Source: a virus (Duplodnaviria; Caudoviricetes). From it: DNA of 64,000 nucleotides. The notes beneath the pieces are model-generated. The model had not been told where the DNA came from and made no database searches. It was given only the letters and a program-made list of their open reading frames with translations. The stretch is from the IMG/VR virus record IMGVR_UViG_3300010167_001484, positions 1-64,000 of that record; one strand, given 5' to 3'. How positions within the stretch are numbered: the stretch's first letter is position 1; each line of letters begins with the position of its first letter. A program made the position numbers and the translations under genes. Positions 34,370 through 45,047 of the stretch are shown here, in pieces.

Positions 34370-34912
34370 ATGAGATTAAATGATATTAGATTCATGAGTA
34401 ATCTAAAATTCATAACATCTGGTAATATTCCAACAGTTGATGATTTGCCGTTAGGGAATATGGCATTCGGAGAAATAACATCGAGAGGTAGAAGTCATGT
34501 ATATGGTAACATTAATAATGTTATTGTAGATTTGTGTTGTCAATTTGGTACTGGGGGTGAACAAGAGTTGAAAATACTCAAAGGTAAACTAGATATTGGT
34601 CCAAAAGCTGAATACGAATTAAAACTAAATTGCGGATATACAGCTTACGAGTTAAAAACTATAAGATTCGATAACATAACTAATAGTGAGAATCTGATTG
34701 TATTCATATATGATAATATGAAGGATAAGAACATTTTGTATCAAAGTTTAGCAAAAACTAACATATATTCAAATACTGCTGATGTTGTCAATATTGATGA
34801 AAATAGTGATATCTGTATATGTGTAGTAAATACTAGTAACGCTAACATATCTGTAATATACGATGTTAGGGTTGTATCATTTAAGGATGGTGGAATTTAT
34901 GGCTCTATTTAA
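34370..34912 (+). CDS. Putative virion protein
   Basis: N-terminus SNLK....G.PT...LP.G.MAFG.IT shared with 23297. Confidence 0.65.
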   Translation: MRLNDIRFMSNLKFITSGNIPTVDDLPLGNMAFGEITSRGRSHVYGNINNVIVDLCCQFGTGGEQELKILKGKLDIGPKAEYELKLNCGYTAYELKTIRFDNITNSENLIVFIYDNMKDKNILYQSLAKTNIYSNTADVVNIDENSDICICVVNTSNANISVIYDVRVVSFKDGGIYGSI

Positions 34913-35771
34913 TTCGATTACATGTGAAAAAGGTGAAATATACGATAAGATTGTAGATTTATTTCTTGGAGCAGGTTGGACAGATATTGCATCTAATTCA
35001 GCAACAGAGTTTGCTGTATTGAGGTCATTTGATACAAATAATAGACCTATATTCTTTCAAATTTTACCTCACGTAGGTACACCTTCTACTCAAGATATAA
35101 GAACTACTAATAGTGTTCAAATTAGATTGAATATGGTGAGAAACTATACTCCTGGAAATGCTGGAGTTAATGGTGTATTTGATAGACAACATAACAATAC
35201 TGTGAATTTGTTACTTGCATCTAATGGCGCAGCCTTAACTGTACCTCCTGCAGCGCCTGATATTGATATATATTATAATATATCCAAGACTCGTGGAATA
35301 ATCGTATTTGATTTCAGTAATTCATCTGCGTATTCAACTTCCGGTGGTGGTTGGTTCTTTGTTGGGGTTCCTGATGGTGAAATTTTTGATAGAGATCCTA
35401 GAAGATCTTGTGTATTAGCTAACCCTCTCAACACTGCAAATAATATACCTGTGATGGATCATCCAATTCAAACATCTGTAGCCGAAGGTGCTGCTGTTGT
35501 AAATCATCCAACTATGCCGTATGTTCCATTAAGAAACCCTGATACACGAGGTATATATGCAATATCTAATATAGCTTATGGTCATGCTAGTACAGGTCAA
35601 AGAGGGTTTCTAGATGATATGTATTTTATATCTGGTACAACTTTAGGATTAGCTAATGGTGATTATATAGAAGTAGAAGATAGACGGTTTAAACTTATAT
35701 TGATAACATGTTTAGCTAATGGTCCTATGGGTTCGAATCATTATTTATGTGTTGAACTTCCTAAGAAATAG
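34899..35771 (+). CDS. Putative virion (tail) protein
   Basis: AGW N-terminus and RG.L..MY......L..GD C-terminus; start corrected to MALFNS. Confidence 0.6.
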   Translation: MALFNSITCEKGEIYDKIVDLFLGAGWTDIASNSATEFAVLRSFDTNNRPIFFQILPHVGTPSTQDIRTTNSVQIRLNMVRNYTPGNAGVNGVFDRQHNNTVNLLLASNGAALTVPPAAPDIDIYYNISKTRGIIVFDFSNSSAYSTSGGGWFFVGVPDGEIFDRDPRRSCVLANPLNTANNIPVMDHPIQTSVAEGAAVVNHPTMPYVPLRNPDTRGIYAISNIAYGHASTGQRGFLDDMYFISGTTLGLANGDYIEVEDRRFKLILITCLANGPMGSNHYLCVELPKK

Positions 35772-35782
35772 GTGATATTATT

Positions 35783-38700
35783 ATGATATATAGTGGTAAT
35801 AATTTATCAGGTAATGAAAAATTCAAGATTGATGATATAATCAATTTTGATTATTCTGGTATAGAGCAATCTATTACTTTACTTACAGGTAAATATAAAT
35901 TTGAAGCTTGGGGCGCCAAAGGTGCTGATGGAGGTGGTACAGTTGAGATTCCGGGAGGATTGGGCGGTTCCGGAGGTTATATATCAGGTATATTAGATAC
36001 TAAGAAGAAAATTAATTTTCCCATTCTTGTAGGTGGTACCAATGGTTGGAATAGAGGTGGACCTGGTGGTAAAGGTGACGGTAGTGTTGAAAATGATGCA
36101 GGTGTAGATAATAGTGGTGGTAACGGTGGCGGTGCTACTGATATTTGTATAGATGTGAATACTCCGGCACATAGATTTATAGTAGCTCCAGGCGGAGGTG
36201 GCGGAGGCGGACGAGGTATAGGTGGTACAGAAATTAGTTATTATGGTTCCAGAGGTGGAAATGTAAGTAATATAAATGGTGTAGCAGGTGATGCTAATAT
36301 TGGTACATCTGCGACATATTATGGTACAGCTAATGGAGGTGGTGCACCTTCTCAATCAGCACATGGTGGTGGTGGTTCTTCTACTGCCCCTACACTTACA
36401 ACTAATACAGGCTCACTTGTAGCCGTCATGGGATTTCCTGGCGGTGGCGGTGGCGGTGGCGGAGGTCGTTATAACGGCGGTGGCGGCGGTGGCGGTGGCC
36501 GTCTTAAGAATAATGGAGGTAATGTTAGAACAGCAGGTACAGCAGGTACAGCAGGTAATGAAATAAGTGCAGGTTCTGGTGGTGCAGGTGCTGTTGCAAT
36601 CGCAACTAATTATGTTAATGGTGGTGCAGGAGGTGCAAGTGGATCTCCTTATATACCTGGTGCACCTAGCCATACTGCACATATTGGTGGTATTGTATTT
36701 TCTAATATAACTGTAATTGGTGGAGCAAATACACTTGAAGATCCTAGGACAGGTGAAGCTACTACAGGTAATAAAGGTGATGGTTATGTTCGCATAACTG
36801 TATTAGATGTAATAATAAATCTAAATGTATTAGAAGGTATAAATTTATTCAAACAAGGTAGTACATATACACTAGGTATAGATAATAAAGGTGAATTCAA
36901 TATCTCAACTGCAACATATCAATGGCAATTAGATGAGAATGATGGTAATGGGTTCTTAAATATAGCTGGAGCTATCAATAGCACTTTAATTCTGGCTAAT
37001 ATTGAATCTTATATGAAGGGTTGGAAGTATAGAGTAATTATAAATGATGCATCATATGTTATAACATCTAATGCATATATTGTAAAAGTAGGATTTAATA
37101 ATATATTTGTACTAAGTAAATTACTTAGAGGTAAAAGATGGTCTCCTCCAAAATTAGGTTTCATATTAGGATCAGGTATGGTGATAGCTCATACAGATAA
37201 ACCTGAATATAGAAAACCTCGTACTGATCCCATTGAAACCTGGTGGAATATACCTGATAATGCATATTTACCTGATCCTGAGATTAAAGTATCATTAATT
37301 CAAGGTGATTTGGAAAATGTTGAAATAAATATATCTAAATGGGGTTCTGCAGCTAGACGTGAATTTATAGTAGGAGATCAACCTTTAGATAGGTATCGTG
37401 ATGTATTTAATACTAAATATGAAGATATTAGCATAACAGCTATGGGAAGTGTAGATGATAGACAATCAATGTCTATAGTAAACATACTTGAAGAAATTAT
37501 AATCCCTCCTAAAGTATCGATTATACCTTCGAATGAATTGGGATATTTTACAGCTGATGTAGAATGGAACAGTATAGATGATTTATATTATGATATAGAA
37601 GGTATATGGACTAAGGCAGAGCAGAATCAATGGAATTTAACAATATTTGATGAAATTAAATTTAAAACACAATCTAAATTTTATAATATGGTATCGGATG
37701 AAATATCTATAACAATGTTATCTAAATTCTGGGATATTATAAGAGGTGAAAATTCTTCACAACTTATGATATTACATAATTTGAATCTTATATCAGATTT
37801 GTATGATGTATATGATGTTGTTTGGGAGTCTAGTAATATAGATGTAGTTAATCTAGATGGTGAAGTTGTTGTAGATGATATAGAAATTATTGATGTTATA
37901 TTAACTGCAAAATTATATATAAATAGTGTAATTCAATGTGATCCTATAGTTTTTAATTTAAGGGTAGGTAATCCTGAATCTTTATTGTATTTTGCAGCTA
38001 ATGCTGGTAATTATAGTGATGGTTATTATGATGTTACTTGCAATGGAGTTACATATAATACAGAGTTAGTTAATATTCGAGATAGTGTTAATTTGTTAAA
38101 TGGCCCTAATTGGGGAGATATTCAGGCAGATGGAACAATGTTAATTGTTAGAATTGACGGAAATCTTACTATTAATAATGGTGTTATGGTAACTTCTAGA
38201 ACTAGAAGAAAGGGATTTTTAATATATGTAACAGGTACTTTAAGAAATAATGGTACAATAAGTATGACTAGTAGGGGAGCACATGCTGTAGGTCAAAGTG
38301 TGCATCTGTGGAAGGATCATGATACTAATAGTTATATAACAATACCTGCATGTAGTGATACTACTTCTGATTATAATCCATTACTTCAAGGATATTCTGC
38401 TTATTGTGGTTCTTCTTATAGTGGTGGAGCCGGTAGAGGGGGTTATGCTGGTAGTACTCAGCCTAGTATAGGTGGTCCCGGTGCCGGCACAGGTTTGATT
38501 GATAGTGTAGGTATATTATGTGGAGGTCCAGGGGAAGCAGGTAGATCTGGTAGTAGTTCTAATAGTGGCGGAGGTGGCGGTGCAGGTAATCCCGGTGGCC
38601 CTGGAGGTGCAGGTGGAAGTGCTGTAGGTACTAAGCCAGGTACTTCAGGAGGATCAGGTACAGGAGGTTTGTTAATATTATATGCTAACCAGATATTAAA

Positions 38701-38932
38701 CAATATAGGTTTATTAGAATCTAGAGGTTCAAATGGAGGTTCAGGAGGTCAAGCTACTAATATGTCTGGTGCAAGAGGTGGAGGATCAGGTGGAGGATGT
38801 ATAACTGTATTTTACAACTATGGTAGTATTAGTAATATCAATAATACAAATATACAAGTTAATGGTGGACTTACTAATGGCGGTGTTGGTACTATAAATA
38901 TACATCAGATAGATATAGATGATATACTTTAA
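35783..38932 (+). CDS. Glycine-rich domain / Ig-like adhesin-like virion protein
   Basis: F.YSG..Q....G.YKFEAWGA.G, GGGATDI, GDGYVRIT glycine-rich domain; TYQWQ Ig-like domain; second Gly-rich C-terminal domain. Confidence 0.8.
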   Translation: MIYSGNNLSGNEKFKIDDIINFDYSGIEQSITLLTGKYKFEAWGAKGADGGGTVEIPGGLGGSGGYISGILDTKKKINFPILVGGTNGWNRGGPGGKGDGSVENDAGVDNSGGNGGGATDICIDVNTPAHRFIVAPGGGGGGGRGIGGTEISYYGSRGGNVSNINGVAGDANIGTSATYYGTANGGGAPSQSAHGGGGSSTAPTLTTNTGSLVAVMGFPGGGGGGGGGRYNGGGGGGGGRLKNNGGNVRTAGTAGTAGNEISAGSGGAGAVAIATNYVNGGAGGASGSPYIPGAPSHTAHIGGIVFSNITVIGGANTLEDPRTGEATTGNKGDGYVRITVLDVIINLNVLEGINLFKQGSTYTLGIDNKGEFNISTATYQWQLDENDGNGFLNIAGAINSTLILANIESYMKGWKYRVIINDASYVITSNAYIVKVGFNNIFVLSKLLRGKRWSPPKLGFILGSGMVIAHTDKPEYRKPRTDPIETWWNIPDNAYLPDPEIKVSLIQGDLENVEINISKWGSAARREFIVGDQPLDRYRDVFNTKYEDISITAMGSVDDRQSMSIVNILEEIIIPPKVSIIPSNELGYFTADVEWNSIDDLYYDIEGIWTKAEQNQWNLTIFDEIKFKTQSKFYNMVSDEISITMLSKFWDIIRGENSSQLMILHNLNLISDLYDVYDVVWESSNIDVVNLDGEVVVDDIEIIDVILTAKLYINSVIQCDPIVFNLRVGNPESLLYFAANAGNYSDGYYDVTCNGVTYNTELVNIRDSVNLLNGPNWGDIQADGTMLIVRIDGNLTINNGVMVTSRTRRKGFLIYVTGTLRNNGTISMTSRGAHAVGQSVHLWKDHDTNSYITIPACSDTTSDYNPLLQGYSAYCGSSYSGGAGRGGYAGSTQPSIGGPGAGTGLIDSVGILCGGPGEAGRSGSSSNSGGGGGAGNPGGPGGAGGSAVGTKPGTSGGSGTGGLLILYANQILNNIGLLESRGSNGGSGGQATNMSGARGGGSGGGCITVFYNYGSISNINNTNIQVNGGLTNGGVGTINIHQIDIDDIL

Positions 38933-38957
38933 AATTATTTATTAGATAGAAAGGATC

Positions 38958-39281
38958 ATGATGAAAGAATTAACAACAATATCTGTAACAAAATTAAGTG
39001 GAGGTAAGATCATACAATCAGTATTAGAACTTGGTAAAAATTGGGAAGGTCCTAATGATGAGGGAGGATTTACTCAAGTAATATCTGTACCAGGTATCAA
39101 ATCATCAGATCAATTAGGAAAAGTATTTTTAAGTAAATATCATAGTGATGAGAATCTTCTAAATGCGTTTAGTAATATTCTTGAAGTATATGCTGGAGAT
39201 AATAAAGTAACTCTACATTCCGGTGATATTATAAATATTAGATTACCTATTGCATTGAGATTAATTGATCCCGTTGAATAG
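38958..39281 (+). CDS. Small fibre-associated-like protein
   Basis: W......FTQ.ISVPGI motif, related to the N-termini of 31608/33226. Confidence 0.6.
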   Translation: MMKELTTISVTKLSGGKIIQSVLELGKNWEGPNDEGGFTQVISVPGIKSSDQLGKVFLSKYHSDENLLNAFSNILEVYAGDNKVTLHSGDIINIRLPIALRLIDPVE

Positions 39282-39297
39282 TTTTAATTAATATCTT

Positions 39298-39330
39298 AAG
39301 TCAACCTCAATTATGGGGTTGACTTTTTTA
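39298..39330 (+). terminator. Rho-independent terminator ending the structural block
   Basis: AAGTCAACCTCA-ATTA-TGGGGTTGACTT plus T tract. Confidence 0.88.
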
Positions 39331-39388
39331 TGTAAAAATTTCGTTATAGATGTTATAAATCAAATAATCCATAAAGGAGAATAAGAAG

Positions 39389-39601
39389 ATGTGTATCACA
39401 ACACCGCTTACAGATCTAATGAAGAAGGGGTATGATGTAAAGCTTACAAATATCGGTGAAGATGTATTCAATGTTGAAATTCTACATTCAGGAGAAGTGG
39501 TTCATGTATTTCGAGGTCCAGTTTCACCAAGTGATAATTTAGCACATGCTTTGATGTCATTTGCAGATATTACCAAAAGAAGGTTTAATTGGGATGACTA
39601 A
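39389..39601 (+). CDS. Hypothetical protein
   Basis: Follows promoter motif 39339-39350 and the conserved leader. Confidence 0.7.
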   Translation: MCITTPLTDLMKKGYDVKLTNIGEDVFNVEILHSGEVVHVFRGPVSPSDNLAHALMSFADITKRRFNWDD

Positions 39602-40160
39602 TATTGATGATATAATATCTCCATCTGAAAAAGGGAATCATAATAGTTATTTACCTTATGCAGATTCACAACCAAAGAGAGTTCCTGTTAATAATATATT
39701 ACTTCAACGTATGCCACCGCTAGTGAACGAAGAGGGTATAAATCTAGAATTTCAAACATTTTTTGATGATTTAGTTAAGAATGTTCATGAAATGTTTAAA
39801 GATAGTACATCTTTTGGATTACATATGATGTCAGATCAAGTTTTAGATGTGGCAGAATTTCATTCTATTATATTAGCTGCTTGGGATAAACATCTTCAAG
39901 AATTTAGAAATACATCTATATATGCAAGAGGTGTAGATATTGAACTCAATATGGAACGATTTGAAGATATTTATCGTAACCTTATAGGTGGATTCAATAT
40001 TATGACTTATATTCTAACTGTTGCCGATGATGAATTTAATTCTAATAAGAGAATAACTTATTTCAAGAAGTGTTGTACTGAACTTTTATTCACATATAGT
40101 CAATCAGATGGGTTTGTAGTAATATCTAGAATTCAACCATTTAAAGAATTGAGTGAATAA
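39594..40160 (+). CDS. Hypothetical protein
   Basis: Overlapping operon ORF. Confidence 0.65.
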   Translation: MTNIDDIISPSEKGNHNSYLPYADSQPKRVPVNNILLQRMPPLVNEEGINLEFQTFFDDLVKNVHEMFKDSTSFGLHMMSDQVLDVAEFHSIILAAWDKHLQEFRNTSIYARGVDIELNMERFEDIYRNLIGGFNIMTYILTVADDEFNSNKRITYFKKCCTELLFTYSQSDGFVVISRIQPFKELSE

Positions 40161-40804
40161 TATGATTGATAAGATTCAGGATAGAATTAAGTCTGAAATT
40201 GAAGCTGTAGCTGCTGGGAATCAGACAATAGATCAAGCTATGCAAGGTTTATCAGGTTACGGTAAAGCATTATATGACTTTGGAATAATAACAGAAGAAG
40301 ATCGACGAATATTCTGGGACAAAATAAAATCGAAGATAGAGGAACTTAGAGATGAGTAATTCTACTAGAATAAATTGGAAGAAACGAGCACTTGAAGCTG
40401 AATATGAGCTTGAGGCTTATAAACACGGAGGATGCACACCTAAGATGTGTGATAATTGTAGTAGTGTAATCTGTTATATTGCTCCGAGAGCTTATAAATT
40501 ATCTTTAGAAGATAGAGCGAGATTACTTAATGAAAGACGGTTGATTAGAAATCATACAAGGAGTTAGAATATGTCAGCAAGTTGGATAGGTAAACAAGTT
40601 GATTTCAAGATGAAACAATATGATAAGGAATGGAATGATGAGTATAGAAGTCAATGGGGTACTGTTATTGACTTTGATGGTGAATTCTATCATGTTAAAA
40701 TGAATAGTTATGGTGAAGACCTTACTGGACCTATATGGATATTCACACGAGATGAAATTAAAGTTAGAAAATCATTTTGCGGAATTTCACATATAAATAC
40801 ATAA
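40153..40804 (+). CDS. Three small hypothetical proteins (40153-40359, 40352-40567, 40571-40804)
   Basis: Tightly packed ORFs. Confidence 0.6.
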
Positions 40805-40819
40805 AAGGGGAAATATGAA

Positions 40820-41851
40820 ATGGACGAATTAGAAGTATATCGAGAGGATAACAGTTCAAATGGATCTGGTAGAAAGATTCCGAGAAAGCATGTACCTATC
40901 AAACAAAAAGGGTTTGGATTACCTAGTGATCACATGACCGAGAAGCAATTACATAATCTGAATGGGAAGATGAAAAGCTATAGATTGACCGAACCTAAAA
41001 GATGGGATGAGTTCAAATCTATGCCATTGGATATACAACTTGAGTATCTTGAATATCTGGATTTAGCTTTCGGTATGAATATGTGTAATCTTGCTGATAT
41101 GTTTGGTATAGCCGATTCAACATTACATATATACTTGAGAAAATCGGGTATTAAATTTAAACCAACACAGAGAAGAATGAGACCAGATCAATCAAGAGCA
41201 TGGAGAGCATTTGTAGCTACAGGTGAAATCAAAATCTCAGATTCAACGGTTGAAGATGTATCTAACAATATTTCAGATGCTAGAATTCAAGATTATCCAT
41301 TAGCTACACCTAAGAATTGGAAGGAATTCAAAGATATGTCAAGAGACCTTCAAGAGGAATATCTAATTCTTCTACACAATGTGTTTGGAGTTACATATAA
41401 ACATATAATCAAGATGTTAGGTGTAGGTTATAAGACTTTATATCAATATGTGAAGAGAAGTTTAACAGATTTCAACCCTGCAAGATGTAGGGAATTAACT
41501 ACAAAAGAATTGAAGTTATGGAATTGTTTCTTAACTAATAAATTATCTTTTGATGAGGCTAGACGTATCAATCTAATACCTTCCGAAGTTGGTGCAGTAG
41601 AATATAAAGAAACTGTAGCTAATAATGGATTTGTAAAACATCAATCGGAATCTTCTAGAATTAATTTTTCAAAAAGTATACCATCATCTAAAATTAATCT
41701 ATCTGAAATTGTAAATTTGAGTGATTTTTCTTTAACCTTCAAAGGTAAACTTAATATTGATGATATAGCTAGAGCATTGAAATTCATCTTGGGTACAGAA
41801 TCTGAAGGTAGAATTGAAATATTGTGTGAATTAGAAAAGGAGGTATTATGA
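40820..41851 (+). CDS. Protein with duplicated HTH-like repeat
   Basis: Two copies of L..PK.W.EFK.M..D.Q.EYL..L...FG......(D/K)M(F/L)G(I/V)...TL..Y. Confidence 0.65.
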   Translation: MDELEVYREDNSSNGSGRKIPRKHVPIKQKGFGLPSDHMTEKQLHNLNGKMKSYRLTEPKRWDEFKSMPLDIQLEYLEYLDLAFGMNMCNLADMFGIADSTLHIYLRKSGIKFKPTQRRMRPDQSRAWRAFVATGEIKISDSTVEDVSNNISDARIQDYPLATPKNWKEFKDMSRDLQEEYLILLHNVFGVTYKHIIKMLGVGYKTLYQYVKRSLTDFNPARCRELTTKELKLWNCFLTNKLSFDEARRINLIPSEVGAVEYKETVANNGFVKHQSESSRINFSKSIPSSKINLSEIVNLSDFSLTFKGKLNIDDIARALKFILGTESEGRIEILCELEKEVL

Positions 41852-42343
41852 ATACAAAATTAGATAATGGTTTAGATCAAACTCTAGGTGAGATTAATTT
41901 AAATCTAAATGTGCTTTCTAGTTGTATCATGGAGCGATTTGGTAAATCTGTTATAGATCATGTAAATGATGCTGTATGGTTGAAAACACAGCTCATTGAT
42001 TTTGGTGAAGAAGTTCGTAAAATATCTATCAAATATATTATAGAGGAATTGTTGGAAGCTAAGCTAATTGGTGAAGCTCCAGCAAATATCATCCTAGATT
42101 ATATGAAAGGAAATTAAGATGAGTCTGAAAATAAGGTATCTTACAAATCTAGATAAAACCAAGAGAGTCTTCACAGTAACTAACAGTGATGTTGAACCAG
42201 AGACATTTGAAATATTTGAAAATCGTGGGAATATTGATAAAGGTATACAATATCTTATACCTCCTGTAGCTACACCTGTTTCTCCTGATGGTGCTAAGAT
42301 GTTTGGTGTATTAGATATCCTGTATCCTAATCATAAAGTATGA
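41848..42343 (+). CDS. Two small hypothetical proteins (41848-42117, 42119-42343)
   Basis: Packed ORFs with RBS. Confidence 0.6.
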
Positions 42344-42400
42344 AATCATTCATTTTTTGTATATAACAACCTTCTATTATTATAATAGGAGGTTCTATAT

Positions 42401-43930
42401 ATGGCTGTGATTGAATTAAAATTTTCAACTGAACATAAATTAGATAGTAAAATAGCTATACCATTAATTCCTAGTAAAATTGATGTTAATAAATTAATAA
42501 CTGATATAACTTCTGATAAAATATTGTTTATCCCTTTCAATAATTCTATATGGGCATGGACGGAAAATTCTGATAATGATTATGTAAATCATATAGTTTG
42601 TACTATGGTACAGCAATGGAAAGAATTAACAGGTATAGATAATTGTATGTGTTATAATAGTCTACATGATTGGCCTGAATGGTTTCCATTCACGGATACA
42701 CATCCTATAGATTCAATTAATCAGCATTATCGTTATAGAATATGTTTATTTGATGATTGTGATGAAACACAGGAGCAGAGTGAAGATCATGATTATTGTG
42801 ATTGGTTTAATTATGATGTAACAAATCATAGAAGAATTTGTAATATCTGCAATCGTACAGAAGATCAAGTACACATCTGGCCTAATACATGGATTGATTT
42901 TGATGTAACAAATCATAGCCGTAATTGTAATCTAGATACCTGTAATAGGCAACAATTGAATGCACATACTTGGATCAATTTTACAGGAGGTAATAGTGCT
43001 GTCAATCACAGATGTCCAACTTGTTTAGGAGAATATGTTCATATATGGCCTAATTGGCCTGCATTTACAAATACTCATCCATCAAATGCAGCAAATCAAC
43101 ATTATCGTGTTAGGACATGTTCTACTTCAGGATGTAATCAACAACAGAATGAAAGTCAAAATCATGTATGGGGTAATTGGGGAGCATGGTCAACTTCTGG
43201 TTCAAACAGAGTTAGAAGTAGAGCTTGTACAACTTGTAATAGAAGTCAGAGTGAATCTGTTCCTATTGTAACATATAATTATACTGGAGGAGCTCAAACA
43301 TATACAGCTCCTAGAGCTGGTACGTTTCAATTTCAAGTATATGGTGCTGCAGGAGGTAATGGTGGTAATGGTGGTTATGCTATTGGTAATTATTCCCTTA
43401 GTGCAAATCAAGTTATAAATATTTATGTTGGCGGTGCAGGTAATGCTGGTGCTACTAATCGTTCTGGGGGATGGAATGGTGGTGGAGGTGTTAATGCTGC
43501 ATATTCTGATGGTAATAATGGAACAGGTGGAGGCGGTACAGATATTCGTGTAGGAGGTACTGCACTTGGAAATAGGGTCATTGTTGCAGGAGGTGGAGGT
43601 GGAGGTGTAGGAGGTACAATTAGTACTGTAGGACATGGAGGAGGTATTAGCGGAACAGCTGCTACAGGTAATGCTAGTTATCCCGGTACTGCTAATGGGG
43701 GAACACAATCTGCAGGAGGTACAGGTACTAGAGCTAATGGTGCATTAGGAGTAGGAGGTACATCTGCTAGAGCTGGTGGCGGCGGAGGTTATTATGGCGG
43801 CGGAGTATCAGGAGGTACTGGTTATTATGGCGGCGGAGGTTCTGGATATACTGGAGGTGTAAGTAGTGGTAGTATGTCTAATGGAAGTAGGGCCGGTAAT
43901 GGTGCAGCTGTTATAACATTTGTTGGATAG
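42401..43930 (+). CDS. His/Cys-repeat plus glycine-rich domain protein
   Basis: Repeated H.W....H.R.C..C units; YTGGAQ.Y.AP..G.F...VYGA.GG and GGGGTDIR glycine-rich domain. Confidence 0.75.
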   Translation: MAVIELKFSTEHKLDSKIAIPLIPSKIDVNKLITDITSDKILFIPFNNSIWAWTENSDNDYVNHIVCTMVQQWKELTGIDNCMCYNSLHDWPEWFPFTDTHPIDSINQHYRYRICLFDDCDETQEQSEDHDYCDWFNYDVTNHRRICNICNRTEDQVHIWPNTWIDFDVTNHSRNCNLDTCNRQQLNAHTWINFTGGNSAVNHRCPTCLGEYVHIWPNWPAFTNTHPSNAANQHYRVRTCSTSGCNQQQNESQNHVWGNWGAWSTSGSNRVRSRACTTCNRSQSESVPIVTYNYTGGAQTYTAPRAGTFQFQVYGAAGGNGGNGGYAIGNYSLSANQVINIYVGGAGNAGATNRSGGWNGGGGVNAAYSDGNNGTGGGGTDIRVGGTALGNRVIVAGGGGGGVGGTISTVGHGGGISGTAATGNASYPGTANGGTQSAGGTGTRANGALGVGGTSARAGGGGGYYGGGVSGGTGYYGGGGSGYTGGVSSGSMSNGSRAGNGAAVITFVG

Positions 43931-43949
43931 TTATAATTATTTTATTCTG

Positions 43950-43980
43950 ATAGAGTTAATTCTAAATTAGCTCTATATAT
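43950..43980 (+). terminator. Probable terminator hairpin
   Basis: ATAGAGTTAATT/AATTAGCTCTAT inverted repeat. Confidence 0.55.
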
Positions 43981-44033
43981 TTGGATAAAATTTCGTTATT
44001 ATATAATAGATAAAAGAGTAAGGAGTAATTGAT

Positions 44034-44279
44034 ATGTATATAGATAGAAGAAAGGTTCGACAAGAGATAAAAGCATGGAAATTACAGAGTGGTCTAGGAA
44101 ATCTTAGAAAAGTTCAATTTAAAATCAATAATACTACAGGTACAGTTCAGATTTTTGCAAGCAGACCAGGCTATTTGATAGGTAGAGGTGGTAAACTCTA
44201 TGAAGAATATAAGAATAAGATGAAGATATTAGGAGTATCTAATATAGAAATAGTTGAAGTAGAGGATATGTTGATATGA
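44034..44279 (+). CDS. Stand-alone KH-domain protein resembling the ribosomal protein uS3 KH domain
   Basis: VQIFASRPGYLIGRGG (GxxG loop). Confidence 0.7.
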   Translation: MYIDRRKVRQEIKAWKLQSGLGNLRKVQFKINNTTGTVQIFASRPGYLIGRGGKLYEEYKNKMKILGVSNIEIVEVEDMLI

Positions 44280-44800
44280 AGATTATTAAAGTTATAAAAT
44301 GTAAAAAGGGCGGTAATATTGTTGTAGATAAAACGATTAAAAATTTAGATAAAGAATCTATCAATGCTACTATTAGTATTGTAGGAAGTGCTAATATACC
44401 TATGGATGGTATTTGGTGGTATATTGATTCTGAAGATAAATTCATAATATATAGTGAAAAGGTAACAATTGATAGACATATTATAATATCTGGTGGATTT
44501 TTACATGAAGAAGAATGGAAACATATATGTGATAAGTATAAGGTTAATGATCGTATTGTATCCTATACTTATTTTCCTCGTGGTAGAATAGCAATAACAC
44601 CTGAAATAGATGATGAAGGTAATTTTATAAAATTTGATTGCAAAGTATATGGTGATCCTTGTGTACTTTGTGATGAAGATTTGAAAGATAGGATTGAGAA
44701 TGAATTTAATTTATTTGTATCTAGATGTGAGGTTGAGTATTGCGGTGATTGGTATATAGATGGTTCACACTATGTTTGCCATCAGTGTAAAGGGAATTAG
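44276..44800 (+). CDS. Hypothetical protein, paralogue of 61903-62280
   Basis: G.WW.ID, H...W, Y.YFPRGR, I..EF.L, HY.C. Confidence 0.7.
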   Translation: MKIIKVIKCKKGGNIVVDKTIKNLDKESINATISIVGSANIPMDGIWWYIDSEDKFIIYSEKVTIDRHIIISGGFLHEEEWKHICDKYKVNDRIVSYTYFPRGRIAITPEIDDEGNFIKFDCKVYGDPCVLCDEDLKDRIENEFNLFVSRCEVEYCGDWYIDGSHYVCHQCKGN

Positions 44801-44801
44801 T

Positions 44802-45044
44802 ATGAATCCTATTGAATATTTAGGTCTAGTTGCATCTGTGATTGTATTCATATCATTCACATTTAGAGATCCTGTTAAAATTAGAATTGTAAATTCTATA
44901 GGAACAATATTATTCACATATTATGCTATAGTGATGAATACTTTTGCAGTATTAGTTCTTAATTTCGGATTACTTATACTTCAAGCGGTATATATTATAA
45001 GAGATATAAGAGCAAGGCGGAATAAGAGAAAAGGAGAAGATTAA
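44802..45044 (+). CDS. YgjV-like small membrane protein
   Basis: E.LGLVAS...FISF......IRIVN.IG..LF..Y; three hydrophobic segments. Confidence 0.65.
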   Translation: MNPIEYLGLVASVIVFISFTFRDPVKIRIVNSIGTILFTYYAIVMNTFAVLVLNFGLLILQAVYIIRDIRARRNKRKGED

Positions 45045-45047
45045 TCA

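Noticed and set aside
25928-43930. Diversity-generating retroelement acting on fibre genes
   Set aside because: No reverse transcriptase and no adenine-specific TR/VR pair seen in the window
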